64,000 bases of DNA from an uncultured Lachnobacterium sp. (GTDB taxonomy: Bacteria > Bacillota > Clostridia > Lachnospirales > Lachnospiraceae): the NCBI GenBank assembly GCA_964393435.1, contig CAYMTP010000001.1:247-64246 (forward strand). The letters run 5' to 3'. Under the pieces are notes generated by a model. The model made no database searches. It saw only the letters and a list, made by a program, of their open reading frames with translations, and had not been told where the DNA came from. The translations under genes and the position numbers were made by a program. Shown in pieces: positions 31,291 through 40,751 of the stretch (position 1 is the first letter of the stretch; every line of letters begins with the position of its first letter).

Positions 31291-32344
31291 GATTTCCACC
31301 TCCGTTATGTGTAAACATGTCTCCTCCCAGCTCCGATTCCATGAGTTCCCTCACTTTAGATGGAATTCTGTCCTTGTACAGCTTTCCTTCCTCTACTACA
31401 AGAATCGCATTGTTTTTTTCCTCTTCTCTTGAGAAAAAGCAGACCTGATCAATAAAGCGTCGGATTTTCCCATCCGTACCAGTTTTCAATTTCAGCAGTA
31501 CACTTATATTTACATAACTGTGCAGAGAGTTTAATACCCTCTCTGCCTCCTGTCCGCCATGAAGCATATTTACGCCACGATCAGGAAACATTCGAGCATC
31601 GTTCGTATGAGTGGTAGTCATAATTGGAATACCATTGGATACGCATTCCAAGAACGCTTCCATATCGTTACCTCCTCGGATTTCACCCATCATAATACGT
31701 CTTGCATTCATTCGGAGTGCCGTTTCCATCGGTGCCCTGTAGTTTCCATCTGTGACTCGCAGTTCTGCACAGGATGCATCTTTATTTACAAGCGGATAAT
31801 GAATCTCCGCTACGTCTTCGATAGTAATTACTTTCTCGTATTTGGGTATAACGGATGCAAACAGCTTCAATCCTTCCGTCTTTCCTGCTGCGGGAAGACC
31901 ACAGAAAACCATACTTTTGTGTGTCCGCACACAGTTTTCCAGCATGTTCATGGTTTCTTCATCGCAATAGCCATTTTCCAAGGCATATGCCCTATTAATA
32001 CGAAGTCCTCCGTGGGACTTACGAATGTTGACATTGGTAAGTCCACTTTTGGACTGGCTTTTATGCAGACAGGTGATACGAAGTGTCTCTGTATCTGCCA
32101 TGGCTGTGTGATCCTGCGGATTGAAGTTACAGTTTACACTTTTTCCGACCAATGCCGAAAAATTTTCCCAGTAGCTTTCCGTAAGCATTGGATTTTCGAT
32201 CTTTTCTGGTATTACAGACACTCTAGACTGCCAGATGTTTCCACAGTTAAAATCCAAGTCTGTAACATCATCATCTTCCAGATATTTCCATATCTCAGGA
32301 AATGTTCTTTGGATATCCTCGTCTTTTAATTTTAAAGTGCTCAC
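31277..32344 (-). CDS. CpaF/TadA (VirB11-like) pilus assembly ATPase, module B
   Basis: Walker A GLPAAGKT, Asp box ITIEDVAE, Walker B MMGEIRG, His box TTTH; GTG start after AAAGGAG. Confidence 0.88.
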   Translation of the reverse strand: MSTLKLKDEDIQRTFPEIWKYLEDDDVTDLDFNCGNIWQSRVSVIPEKIENPMLTESYWENFSALVGKSVNCNFNPQDHTAMADTETLRITCLHKSQSKSGLTNVNIRKSHGGLRINRAYALENGYCDEETMNMLENCVRTHKSMVFCGLPAAGKTEGLKLFASVIPKYEKVITIEDVAEIHYPLVNKDASCAELRVTDGNYRAPMETALRMNARRIMMGEIRGGNDMEAFLECVSNGIPIMTTTHTNDARMFPDRGVNMLHGGQEAERVLNSLHSYVNISVLLKLKTGTDGKIRRFIDQVCFFSREEEKNNAILVVEEGKLYKDRIPSKVRELMESELGGDMFTHNGGGNHEEA

Positions 32345-32363
32345 TATGTTCTCCTTTTTGCCT

Positions 32364-32555
32364 CTAGTTAAGTAGTGCACTAATATCCGTCATAATCCCC
32401 TGTAATACACTATTAATCTGTGTATCAAAATAACCGCCACTTTCAATCAATGGCTGTGCAATTGCATACATTCCTGCACAAATGGCAAGTGTAAGTAAAA
32501 TAGAATAAAAAATCTTAACAAATCCACTTCCGATTTCTGTTGTTTCATTTGGCAT
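32364..32555 (-). CDS. Putative major Flp-like pilin, module B
   Basis: 63 aa, one hydrophobic helix, directly upstream of the ATPase as 38124-38303 is in module A. Confidence 0.6.
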   Translation of the reverse strand: MPNETTEIGSGFVKIFYSILLTLAICAGMYAIAQPLIESGGYFDTQINSVLQGIMTDISALLN

Positions 32556-32573
32556 AATAATAATTCTCCTTTA

Positions 32574-34133
32574 CTAATTAAATAATTTTTTTAGAAGACT
32601 TAGGTACTCTTCCTCTAATCTCCAGATAGAGTCCTTCTCCAATCCTCCCATTTCCTCCTCTATTAGGTTTCCACTCTCATCCATAAAGTACTTTTTAGTG
32701 ATAAATCGGACACGACCTAATATCTTTTCTGTGGGATAAACCTGTGTATCAACCACATGTATTTCTATCTCTTTTCTTGTGGCATTTCCTGCACTGTCTA
32801 ATGCAAAAAAGGTTTCTGTTACCCTTCCTTCTTTTTGAAACTCTGTAAAATCCGTAACCTGATAATCCTCCATAAAAAAGGAAGTATTTTCATTTCGGCC
32901 ATAAGGTATCTCCCCATCCTCCTGGTCAAAGGCCTCTGCCCTTTTCGCTAACCAATCCTCTGTAATTTTTCCAGCAATTGCATCCTTTAACGACACATAA
33001 ATTGCCTCTGTTTTTATGAGAGGACCATGGTCCCATGATGCATACAATGTAATCGTTGCACCGTCTGTTTCCTGCAACTGAAGCTCTTTCACCAACTTCT
33101 GAAGTGGTATGATTTGTCCCTTATAAAACTGTATAACACTATTATCTTTGGGATACCTCCACCCAGAAAGGGCAGAGCCTTCCATCCAATAGCCTTCCGA
33201 TGGAAGTAATAGAATTTCACTATACTTAAGCACTTGCGAGGGGATGCTTCCTTGTGCACCATCACTATCGAAAACAATATGATACACATTCTCTGCCGCG
33301 TTTGCGGTGAGACTAACATCACTTCCATGCAGTACAAAAGAAAAGCTTTCATTTGTAGAATTTTTATCTCCTGACCAATTCGAAAAATGATATCCATCCT
33401 CTGTCTCGGCAGAAACTGTTACCGTAGTCCCAAAGCAATACCTGCCTGCACCGGACACCTGTCTAATGCCAACCTCTTTACTCACATTGACATCATAAAA
33501 TAGTCCTTCTACATTCTTGTTATAATAGCTTTTTAGACTTTCTCTCGTCGCTGATGACCAATTCGCCGCATAAACAATTCCATTGTATGTGGTATAGACA
33601 TTACCCCAGCTTGGTCCCTCATCCGTCATCCCCCCTTGAATCACACCATCTATCCTGGTTGTAATACATGCATCAAAAACAATCTCACAATCTGGATTGC
33701 TCAGCGTGTCCAAACCTGCCTTCGACAGCCTTGACTTTATATTTTTGAGAGTCACTTGGAAAAGACAGTATTCATATCCGTCCACGGTACATGTATCTAC
33801 TGACTTCATATGACTTCCGTCCAATTTGTAGTAAAGTGTCTCCACTAATGCCCCCGCATGATTAAATACCCTTACTTTCCAGCCGAGGGTCGTATATCGA
33901 ACCCCTGTATTCGAATGTTTTTTGCCTTTGGTTGCATAGTAAATCTCTCCTTGATTATTAGCACCCGGCAAAAAAGCCATTTCATTGCCATACTTTTGAT
34001 AAAACGTATACGCATTGTCATATACACCTGCCTTTACCTGTTCAGGCTCGAATGTTTTAGACAAAGACAACACACATAGTACAACAAAAACCATTCCCGT
34101 CGTTCTAAATATCCTCTTTCTAATGTAGCTCAC
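32574..34133 (-). CDS. Secreted InlB B-repeat protein, putative tip adhesin of module A
   Basis: Signal peptide; GYHFSNW and TLYASW repeats; C-terminal DQEDG...VRFI...GGL...SIWR domain. Confidence 0.78.
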   Translation of the reverse strand: MSYIRKRIFRTTGMVFVVLCVLSLSKTFEPEQVKAGVYDNAYTFYQKYGNEMAFLPGANNQGEIYYATKGKKHSNTGVRYTTLGWKVRVFNHAGALVETLYYKLDGSHMKSVDTCTVDGYEYCLFQVTLKNIKSRLSKAGLDTLSNPDCEIVFDACITTRIDGVIQGGMTDEGPSWGNVYTTYNGIVYAANWSSATRESLKSYYNKNVEGLFYDVNVSKEVGIRQVSGAGRYCFGTTVTVSAETEDGYHFSNWSGDKNSTNESFSFVLHGSDVSLTANAAENVYHIVFDSDGAQGSIPSQVLKYSEILLLPSEGYWMEGSALSGWRYPKDNSVIQFYKGQIIPLQKLVKELQLQETDGATITLYASWDHGPLIKTEAIYVSLKDAIAGKITEDWLAKRAEAFDQEDGEIPYGRNENTSFFMEDYQVTDFTEFQKEGRVTETFFALDSAGNATRKEIEIHVVDTQVYPTEKILGRVRFITKKYFMDESGNLIEEEMGGLEKDSIWRLEEEYLSLLKKLFN

Positions 34134-34136
34134 CTC

Positions 34137-34517
34137 CTACTCCAAATCCGCCACATAAACTCTATCCATGATGGCGGTCTTTTCAATTACAATTTCTTTT
34201 TCTTTTCCGTTTAACATTTCCAATCTCTTTGTAACCTCCACGCTCAGGATTCCTTTTTGCAAATCTATTGCATTTACCTCTACCTGCACTATGCTGTTAT
34301 TTGTGGAAACCGCCTCTGTTATTTCCTGTAACAGCATTTGCTTTACAAACTCCTCTTCTCCTGTTTGATATTCCGCTTCTAAAGTGTTTTTCACAATTCG
34401 TGACACATGCTTTTCCAATTCATTTTTCTGCGTCTGAAAGGATAAAATATTAAGTCCTATCAGCATGGTGTATAATGTGATAAACACTCCAATAATACCT
34501 AATATAATACTCTTCAC
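34137..34517 (-). CDS. Pilin-like / TadE-like protein, module A
   Basis: N-terminal TM; DLQKGILSVE; GTG start chosen from RBS GAGGT. Confidence 0.68.
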   Translation of the reverse strand: MKSIILGIIGVFITLYTMLIGLNILSFQTQKNELEKHVSRIVKNTLEAEYQTGEEEFVKQMLLQEITEAVSTNNSIVQVEVNAIDLQKGILSVEVTKRLEMLNGKEKEIVIEKTAIMDRVYVADLE

Positions 34518-34521
34518 TATA

Positions 34522-34998
34522 CTACCTCTCATTTACCAATAGCTTAGCAATCTTGCTGCTTTGTTTTCCGTTTTCATCTATTGTGTAAACCTGTACCCAG
34601 TATATGCCTGCTTCCGACATACAAATTGTCTCTCTATCTTCGGATACACCCACATCAACTTCTGTTCCATCTGTATCCCATATCCGCTTTAAAAAGACTG
34701 GTAAAAACGTACCTTGATACGACTTCGCTTCATAGCAATCGGAAAGCAGTACTGGTTGATTTGCCACTACATAAGCATTACACTCTATAATAGCAGGAGC
34801 TGCCTCATTCATATATTCCTCAAAGGTTCCATTTTCTGTGATGAATTGCTCTCCAATGGAATACTCTAAAATCTGTCCAAGCAGCTGTGGGATTCCTTTC
34901 CCTTGGAAAAAAGCTCCACTCCACATAACAGTAAAAAGCAACGATGCAAGCAAAACGGCGATTATTGCAGAAGCATATTGCTCAAATACCTGCTTCAT
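34522..34998 (-). CDS. Pilin-like protein, module A
   Basis: MKQVFEQYAS followed by a hydrophobic helix. Confidence 0.68.
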   Translation of the reverse strand: MKQVFEQYASAIIAVLLASLLFTVMWSGAFFQGKGIPQLLGQILEYSIGEQFITENGTFEEYMNEAAPAIIECNAYVVANQPVLLSDCYEAKSYQGTFLPVFLKRIWDTDGTEVDVGVSEDRETICMSEAGIYWVQVYTIDENGKQSSKIAKLLVNER

Positions 34999-34999
34999 T

Positions 35000-35143
35000 T
35001 TATAACCCTCCTAACACAGTCAAAATAAGTGCTGAAAGCAGCCCTTCCTTACCCATAAAGAGCCTTTCAATTATGATAAAAAAACATATCGCACCCAATA
35101 CCGAGATTGTCGCACCTGCATACTCCAAAATCACATTCCTCAT
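35000..35143 (-). CDS. Small Flp-like pilin, module A (47 aa)
   Basis: MRNVILEYAG plus hydrophobic helix; RBS AGGAGG. The 106-aa track ORF has a spurious N-terminal extension. Confidence 0.7.
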   Translation of the reverse strand: MRNVILEYAGATISVLGAICFFIIIERLFMGKEGLLSALILTVLGGL

Positions 35144-35151
35144 AATTCCTC

Positions 35152-35250
35152 CTAAAGATACCAAAACATATGATATAAAGCTGCTATCACCGCTAATCCA
35201 ATCACAACAAGCACAATTGCGATTCCATACTCTTCTATAATTTGTTCCAT
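35152..35250 (-). CDS. Small Flp-like pilin, module A (32 aa; absent from the ORF track)
   Basis: MEQIIEEYGIAIVLVVIGLAVIAALYHMFWYL*; RBS GAGGT. Confidence 0.7.
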   Translation of the reverse strand: MEQIIEEYGIAIVLVVIGLAVIAALYHMFWYL

Positions 35251-35255
35251 AGCCT

Positions 35256-35633
35256 TTACCTCGCGTATCCAAACAACTGCTGCTCTTTTGCAATTTCGAA
35301 AAAAGCAATTTCAATATCATAAAACAGTACTACTTCCACCATCGTTATGCCATCGATATACTCGGATAGTTCATCTGCACTGGTGCAAGTCTTTATTCCC
35401 TCTGAATCCGAGTATAAGCTCAACTGCAATCGGTAATTTTCTGCCTCTGCAATTTCAAAGCAGGCCTCCATCACAGGCTTGGCATAGTCGCTGTTTTCCA
35501 GCTCATCAATCATCATCGCATGGGTATTTTGTGCATGTAATATCTGATAAAATGCTCCGATTACTCCAGTTGAAGTAATCATTAAAAACAGCACCATAAA
35601 AACACCCATAAAAGCTTTCATTACCTGACTCAT
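35256..35633 (-). CDS. Pilin-like protein, module A
   Basis: N-terminal TM; paralog of 29529-29867. Confidence 0.7.
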   Translation of the reverse strand: MSQVMKAFMGVFMVLFLMITSTGVIGAFYQILHAQNTHAMMIDELENSDYAKPVMEACFEIAEAENYRLQLSLYSDSEGIKTCTSADELSEYIDGITMVEVVLFYDIEIAFFEIAKEQQLFGYAR

Positions 35634-35643
35634 AACCTACCTC

Positions 35644-37029
35644 TTACACCACTGGCATCTGTACAAATGCCAGCATCATAAATATCATATCTACAATCAA
35701 TTTAAAGGATGCCACCACAACTGGAAGCAAAAATAACAGATACATTCCACTGGAAGAATTTTTGAGCAGCTCGCGTTCTGTGTCATCCAAAAGTGCCAAA
35801 TTCTTTTCCACCAATTCGCTGATTTGCTTATCTGCATTTCCACTATTACCAATGGATAATGAGTACAAAATCCCCATAGCAGAATTCACCTCTGGAATTG
35901 CAAAATCCTTCAGAAACAAATGATATGGTTCCGAGGATTCTGGTTGTAATTCCAAACGTTCTGTAAGCTGATATAATTCCTCCCTCAGTACTCCTGGTAC
36001 ATATTCACGAGATTTCTGCAATGCTACCTGAACATTCTCACTCTGCAAAAGCAATACAATATCCAAAAGCCAATTTGGGAACGCATACTTCACCTCTCGG
36101 ATAAGGTTTTTACGCATGATATTTTTTCCTACTCGATGCTGATTTACAAAAAGCAAAGTCAGTAGAAGTCCTGCTAGTACAAACCATTCATTACCCATAA
36201 AGAGAAAACATGTGGTTAATACCGCTCCTATACCACCTAACAGCAGAGATAAATTTTTTTGCTTTTTCTCATCGAAGTTTTTAAATTCTCTCATCTTTTT
36301 CACATAGTATTCTTCATCCTCCGTAAGCTGCAAAGTAAGCCAATCCACCATGAGAATTTTTTGAGCTTTTAAAACAATCCAATCATTCACCACTACTACG
36401 AGCAAGGTAAATATCTGCACGAACCACTCGTTGCTAATATCCATGTCCATAACAGGCAGATGAACGATTGCTCCACAAATCATCAGCGATGCCGTCACGG
36501 ATAGTATCACATCTACAAACTGTTTATTTCGTTGTCCTATCGCTTCTTGAATCCTTCGCTCCCAACGGCCCTTATCTGCCAATAATAAATTAACTGGTTT
36601 CTCGATTTCACCACCATAATATTCCACATGGGTCATAAATTTGTGCACATCTCGAATTCTCTGACAAGGATATTCCTTCTCAATCATGCGTAGTGCTTCC
36701 TCCAAAACTTCGATTTTATCAAAGGTCAGCCGCATATAGTCAAAGGCCTTATCTACCAGATTTTTCATCTCTCCTTGTGGCAATGTCTGACTTACATCCG
36801 ATATTGCAAGCACCACCTTTTCTTCTTTCACGAAAGAATACAAAAGTGTATCCAAGTAACTAGACACTTCGAAAAAACGCCTTTTATTCTGCATAAATAT
36901 CTCATATCGTTTCTTGTGCCGAGGTATCATGACTAATGCAAACACACCTAGCAAAACCGTCATGTACCAGTTTAATCGAAGCAGCACATGCAGTGCATAA
37001 ACGATGATAAACGCCACAAAATATATCAT
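35644..37029 (-). CDS. Fused TadB-TadC-like platform protein, module A
   Basis: FPNWLLDIVLLLQSENVQVALQKS; 461 aa with alternating TM and soluble domains; follows CpaF. Confidence 0.7.
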   Translation of the reverse strand: MIYFVAFIIVYALHVLLRLNWYMTVLLGVFALVMIPRHKKRYEIFMQNKRRFFEVSSYLDTLLYSFVKEEKVVLAISDVSQTLPQGEMKNLVDKAFDYMRLTFDKIEVLEEALRMIEKEYPCQRIRDVHKFMTHVEYYGGEIEKPVNLLLADKGRWERRIQEAIGQRNKQFVDVILSVTASLMICGAIVHLPVMDMDISNEWFVQIFTLLVVVVNDWIVLKAQKILMVDWLTLQLTEDEEYYVKKMREFKNFDEKKQKNLSLLLGGIGAVLTTCFLFMGNEWFVLAGLLLTLLFVNQHRVGKNIMRKNLIREVKYAFPNWLLDIVLLLQSENVQVALQKSREYVPGVLREELYQLTERLELQPESSEPYHLFLKDFAIPEVNSAMGILYSLSIGNSGNADKQISELVEKNLALLDDTERELLKNSSSGMYLLFLLPVVVASFKLIVDMIFMMLAFVQMPVV

Positions 37030-38114
37030 CCCGCACCTCCCTCTAGTGCTTGTTTCCCTTTGGAAATTTCCAGTTCTAATTCCTCGTTATGAAAAGGATC
37101 TTCGACCCCTGCCCTTTCGAAAATACGCATAATGGCATCTGGCAGTTTCTTCATCACGAGCTCGCCATCAAATACCACCATCTCGATTTTGTTTTCGCCC
37201 TTTTCACGAATATAAAAACAAATTTGATCCATATATCTGCGAGTAATTTTCTCCTCATCTGTTTTCTTTCGCACCAGAATTCCTACGTCTAATGCCTGAT
37301 ACACATCATTCTCCATGCGGTCTGCATCTGTACGGCTTTCCAGCATATTCAGGATTCTGTCTGGTATGTTTCTCACATCATCGGTATGTAGTGTCGTCAT
37401 ACCACGAACCCCTGTAGACCAGCTTTCCAAGAGGAATTTTACTTCCTTGGAACGTGCCTCCGAGAGCATAATCCACTTTGGATTCAAACGCAGACTAGAC
37501 TTGATTGCTTCCGCATATCCGAAGGTATCCTCACTCACCTTCATTTCTATGCAATCCTTTCCTGGATTCGTTTTTGAATATCGGATTTCCATGGTATCCT
37601 CGATGGTAATCACTCTTTCATTCGCAGGAATATATTGCGAAAAAAATTTGATACATTCTGTCTTTCCAATTCCAGGCATCCCGCAAAAGGTCAGATTCAT
37701 ATGACTTTGCACACAGTTAATCAAAAGTGCCAATATTTCCTTGGAACAAAATCTTTCTCGAATTGCCTTTTCGGCAGTAATACGAATCACTGGCGGTGTT
37801 TTTCGTATACTGATACTTCTTCCAGAACGTGCCACAGACTCGTGCAGCACCGTCACACGAAGCTCGCTGGTCTCCGCCTCTAGTTCTGGATTTCGCTTGT
37901 TAAACTGACGGCTGACCACGTTTGCTATCCTTTGCGTAAACTGCTCTACAAACACAGGTGTAATATGCTCATCCACAAACTGCTGACTCACCTGATAGCG
38001 CTCATTATAAACATTGGTAACCCAGATTTCTTTTCCGTTATAATCGATATCCGTGATATCTGGATTAGAAACATATTTCCATAATGGGCCAAAATATTCT
38101 TTTCCTAGTTCCAT
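37026..38114 (-). CDS. CpaF/TadA pilus assembly ATPase, module A
   Basis: ITDIDYNG, SIRK, GMPGIGKT, ITIEDTME, LRLNP, SEAR, TTLH. Confidence 0.9.
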   Translation of the reverse strand: MELGKEYFGPLWKYVSNPDITDIDYNGKEIWVTNVYNERYQVSQQFVDEHITPVFVEQFTQRIANVVSRQFNKRNPELEAETSELRVTVLHESVARSGRSISIRKTPPVIRITAEKAIRERFCSKEILALLINCVQSHMNLTFCGMPGIGKTECIKFFSQYIPANERVITIEDTMEIRYSKTNPGKDCIEMKVSEDTFGYAEAIKSSLRLNPKWIMLSEARSKEVKFLLESWSTGVRGMTTLHTDDVRNIPDRILNMLESRTDADRMENDVYQALDVGILVRKKTDEEKITRRYMDQICFYIREKGENKIEMVVFDGELVMKKLPDAIMRIFERAGVEDPFHNEELELEISKGKQALEGGAG

Positions 38115-38123
38115 TTCAGCCTC

Positions 38124-38303
38124 CTATTTTCCACCCAAAGACACTCCCGCCTGGTCTAAAAAGCTTTGAATCAAATCAGAAAATGCCGACCCAATGATAC
38201 CGTCTTCTCCTGTTCCAATCACTGCCGCAATGACAGCAATCAAAGACAAAATTGCAATAATGGTGACAATTACTCCACCATATTCCTGAAATACTTCTTT
38301 CAT
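38124..38303 (-). CDS. Major Flp-like pilin, module A (59 aa; absent from the ORF track)
   Basis: MKEVFQEYGGVIVTIIAILSLIAVIAAVIGTGEDGIIGSAFSDLIQSFLDQAGVSLGGK*; RBS GAAAGGA. Confidence 0.8.
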   Translation of the reverse strand: MKEVFQEYGGVIVTIIAILSLIAVIAAVIGTGEDGIIGSAFSDLIQSFLDQAGVSLGGK

Positions 38304-38454
38304 ATCGTTCCTTTCTCCGTATCAATACGGTAACCTTCATGATACGCAGGACAATATACATCTATAAATTTGGATAACTGCTGACGAAACGCCAGCATGA
38401 ATTAAAGTCCTGCAAGCAACTTGCAAAACATTAAAAAGAAAAAAGACAATTGTT

Positions 38455-38482
38455 ATTATACCCGGAAAGACCATCTTGTAAA
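38455..38482 (-). promoter_or_regulatory. Putative sigma-A promoter of the pilus operon
   Basis: Minus strand TTTACA-16-TATAAT. Confidence 0.5.
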
Positions 38483-38491
38483 GAAAAAAAC

Positions 38492-38545
38492 AAAAAACCG
38501 ACATATTTTTGGCAAACCTGCAAAAAATATGTCGGTCATTTTTTT
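38492..38545 (-). terminator. Terminator downstream of the soluble MCP
   Basis: ACCGACATATTTTT/AAAAATATGTCGGT stem flanked by A and T runs. Confidence 0.7.
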
Positions 38546-38554
38546 ATAAAAGTA

Positions 38555-39553
38555 CTAAATTTTTTTTACGTGTTCATTGATGTGCTTGCTCAGTTCATTT
38601 GCAATGCGGTCATTTTCTTCGTTACTTTCACGAATCTCTTCCACATGCTCTGTGATTAAAAGCACACTATTGGTAAATTCACCTACCGCATTCGCTGATT
38701 CAGTGGCTGCAGTTCGAATGGATTCAATGGTTTTCGTCGCTTCATCCAGCTGTGTAGCCAAAGACTCTGCGATATAAGCAAAATCCTGCATCTTATCAAA
38801 CATGATTTTGGAATCACCCTGGTACTTGTGCCCCACCTCTACCAGCTCTGTGTAGCTGCCTACGGTCTTGTCCTTCATAAATTCCACAACCTTATTGGCT
38901 TCCTCTGCCAACTGGCTTACTGCAGTGAGTACGGTCTTTGAAATTTCACTAATTTCACTAGCGGTGGCACTGGTCATAACGGAGAGTTTATTAATCTCAT
39001 CTGCAACGATTGCAAAGCCTCTGCCCGCATCGCCTGCATGAGCAGCTTCAATCGAAGCATTCAGTGCTAAAAGGTTGGTCTGATCTGCAATCTCCAAAAT
39101 ATCCTTCGTCAAATCCAAAATACGCTCTGCCTTTTTGGACTCTTCAATCTTCTCTCTCATAGAAGCCTCAACAGCTTCTGCCATAGCCTGCACCTCACGA
39201 CGCTGTGCCTCAGAACGTGTCATAATTTCATAGGCGGTATTATTGCTATCCTGAGCATATTCCTTACCATCCTGAGCTTCTTCACTCATCTGTGTAAAAG
39301 ACTCATCCATCTCTTCCATAGAATCCGAAATCTCAGTAATATTCGAAGACATCTCTTCTAAAGACGCAGTAAACTCTTCCATCACGCTGGATATATTAGT
39401 AGTTTCCCCAGCTACCATCTCAATGCGTTCCGCTACTTCATCAATGGAGTGAGCAAGACTATCTGCACTAGTCTGAACACCTGCAAAAACCTCTTTTACT
39501 TTGTCTCGTTCTTCCTGCATTACTGCATCTTTTCTTTTGCTAAACAAACTCAT
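38555..39553 (-). CDS. Soluble methyl-accepting chemotaxis protein (signalling domain only)
   Basis: [33 protein letters not shown]; no TM and no evident sensor domain. Confidence 0.9.
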   Translation of the reverse strand: MSLFSKRKDAVMQEERDKVKEVFAGVQTSADSLAHSIDEVAERIEMVAGETTNISSVMEEFTASLEEMSSNITEISDSMEEMDESFTQMSEEAQDGKEYAQDSNNTAYEIMTRSEAQRREVQAMAEAVEASMREKIEESKKAERILDLTKDILEIADQTNLLALNASIEAAHAGDAGRGFAIVADEINKLSVMTSATASEISEISKTVLTAVSQLAEEANKVVEFMKDKTVGSYTELVEVGHKYQGDSKIMFDKMQDFAYIAESLATQLDEATKTIESIRTAATESANAVGEFTNSVLLITEHVEEIRESNEENDRIANELSKHINEHVKKI

Positions 39554-39652
39554 AAAAACCCACCTTTTGTATTAGAAACAATACCTATCCTTATTATAGC
39601 AAAGGAGGTTTTATCCGTAAAGGTTTTTTATAAATGCGCCCACAACTGAATG

Positions 39653-40735
39653 TTAATTTTGTACCTGATGCTTTTGAAAGCCTCGAAATGCTAATATTCC
39701 ATAAAGTATGCTACTTACAAAAAGCAATGTAATGCTGATTGCTGGAATTGTTAGGGTTACATTTCCTATGTAAACAGGAAAATAATTCGAAAACAATGTA
39801 CGCACTCCCATAACTGCTCCATGGAACAAACGAAGTATATTCGGAACAACACCTTCATTCTGTCCCAAGCTTTTAAATGCTAAAATTGGCACATAAACCA
39901 CCATCAGACTAACCATGGAGGCAGAAAGTGCACTCTTGCATTTGGATGATACAAAAAGTGTCAAACAACCAAATCCCATACATCCTAAAAGAGAACATGC
40001 AAGCATCACAATCATATACTGCCATACTCGAAAATTAAATGGCGAAGATAAATAATGATATACATAATCTGATGTAAATATAAAGCTTACATTTATATCT
40101 CCAATACCACAGACGCAAAGGGAAATCACTCCAAATATGCCTACTACAAAAATATATGCTAGCAGAATAACCAGAATTGTCGCAATAAATTTCCCTATAA
40201 TCAAATTCTTTTTCCCATGCTTGGTAGATAAAAGTAATCCATCCATTTTATTTCCATACTCTGCAGCAAAAACAGGTGCAATTAAAAGTGCAATCACAAA
40301 ACCCAAAATGAACGGAAGATAATTCGCTATAAACTCTTCCATAAAAGCATAAAATGTCGTCTCTCCAACAACCAATGTTTCCGCTTCCAATCCCATTTCG
40401 GCAAGGTTTTGTTTTCTTACTTCATCACATCTTACAAGCCACTTTGGATATTCTAAGTCGATATATTCCTGCCATGTTACCTCATCCATTTCCACATTCG
40501 CCACTATATACTGCTCGTACAGTTCCTGATAGCGTTTCTCTGCTTCTTCAATACGAGAATTGTTTTCTACTGAGCCACTATAATATGTCAGCATTTCTGC
40601 TGCACCTTTCCAATCGCCCATGGCGTAGATAATGGCAAAACTCCCTACACAAAGTAGCAATAAAACCGTACCCAACACCAATAATTTTCGAAGATTAATT
40701 AACTTCTTTAACTCATAAAAAATCATTTCTTCCAT
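39653..40735 (-). CDS. ABC-2 type transporter permease
   Basis: Multiple TMs; APVFAAEY...LLLSTKHGK motif. Confidence 0.8.
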   Translation of the reverse strand: MEEMIFYELKKLINLRKLLVLGTVLLLLCVGSFAIIYAMGDWKGAAEMLTYYSGSVENNSRIEEAEKRYQELYEQYIVANVEMDEVTWQEYIDLEYPKWLVRCDEVRKQNLAEMGLEAETLVVGETTFYAFMEEFIANYLPFILGFVIALLIAPVFAAEYGNKMDGLLLSTKHGKKNLIIGKFIATILVILLAYIFVVGIFGVISLCVCGIGDINVSFIFTSDYVYHYLSSPFNFRVWQYMIVMLACSLLGCMGFGCLTLFVSSKCKSALSASMVSLMVVYVPILAFKSLGQNEGVVPNILRLFHGAVMGVRTLFSNYFPVYIGNVTLTIPAISITLLFVSSILYGILAFRGFQKHQVQN

Positions 40736-40751
40736 CTTATTTTCACCCTTC

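Noticed and set aside
18885..38303. Intact ICE or conjugative T4SS
   Set aside because: Only CpaF/VirB11-like ATPases are present; no VirB4, VirD4, relaxase, integrase or att repeats were seen.
38304..38450. c-di-GMP-I or -II riboswitch
   Set aside because: Consensus elements (GGCAAA...GAAA...GACGCAAA, or the class II kink-turn pattern) were not found on the coding strand.
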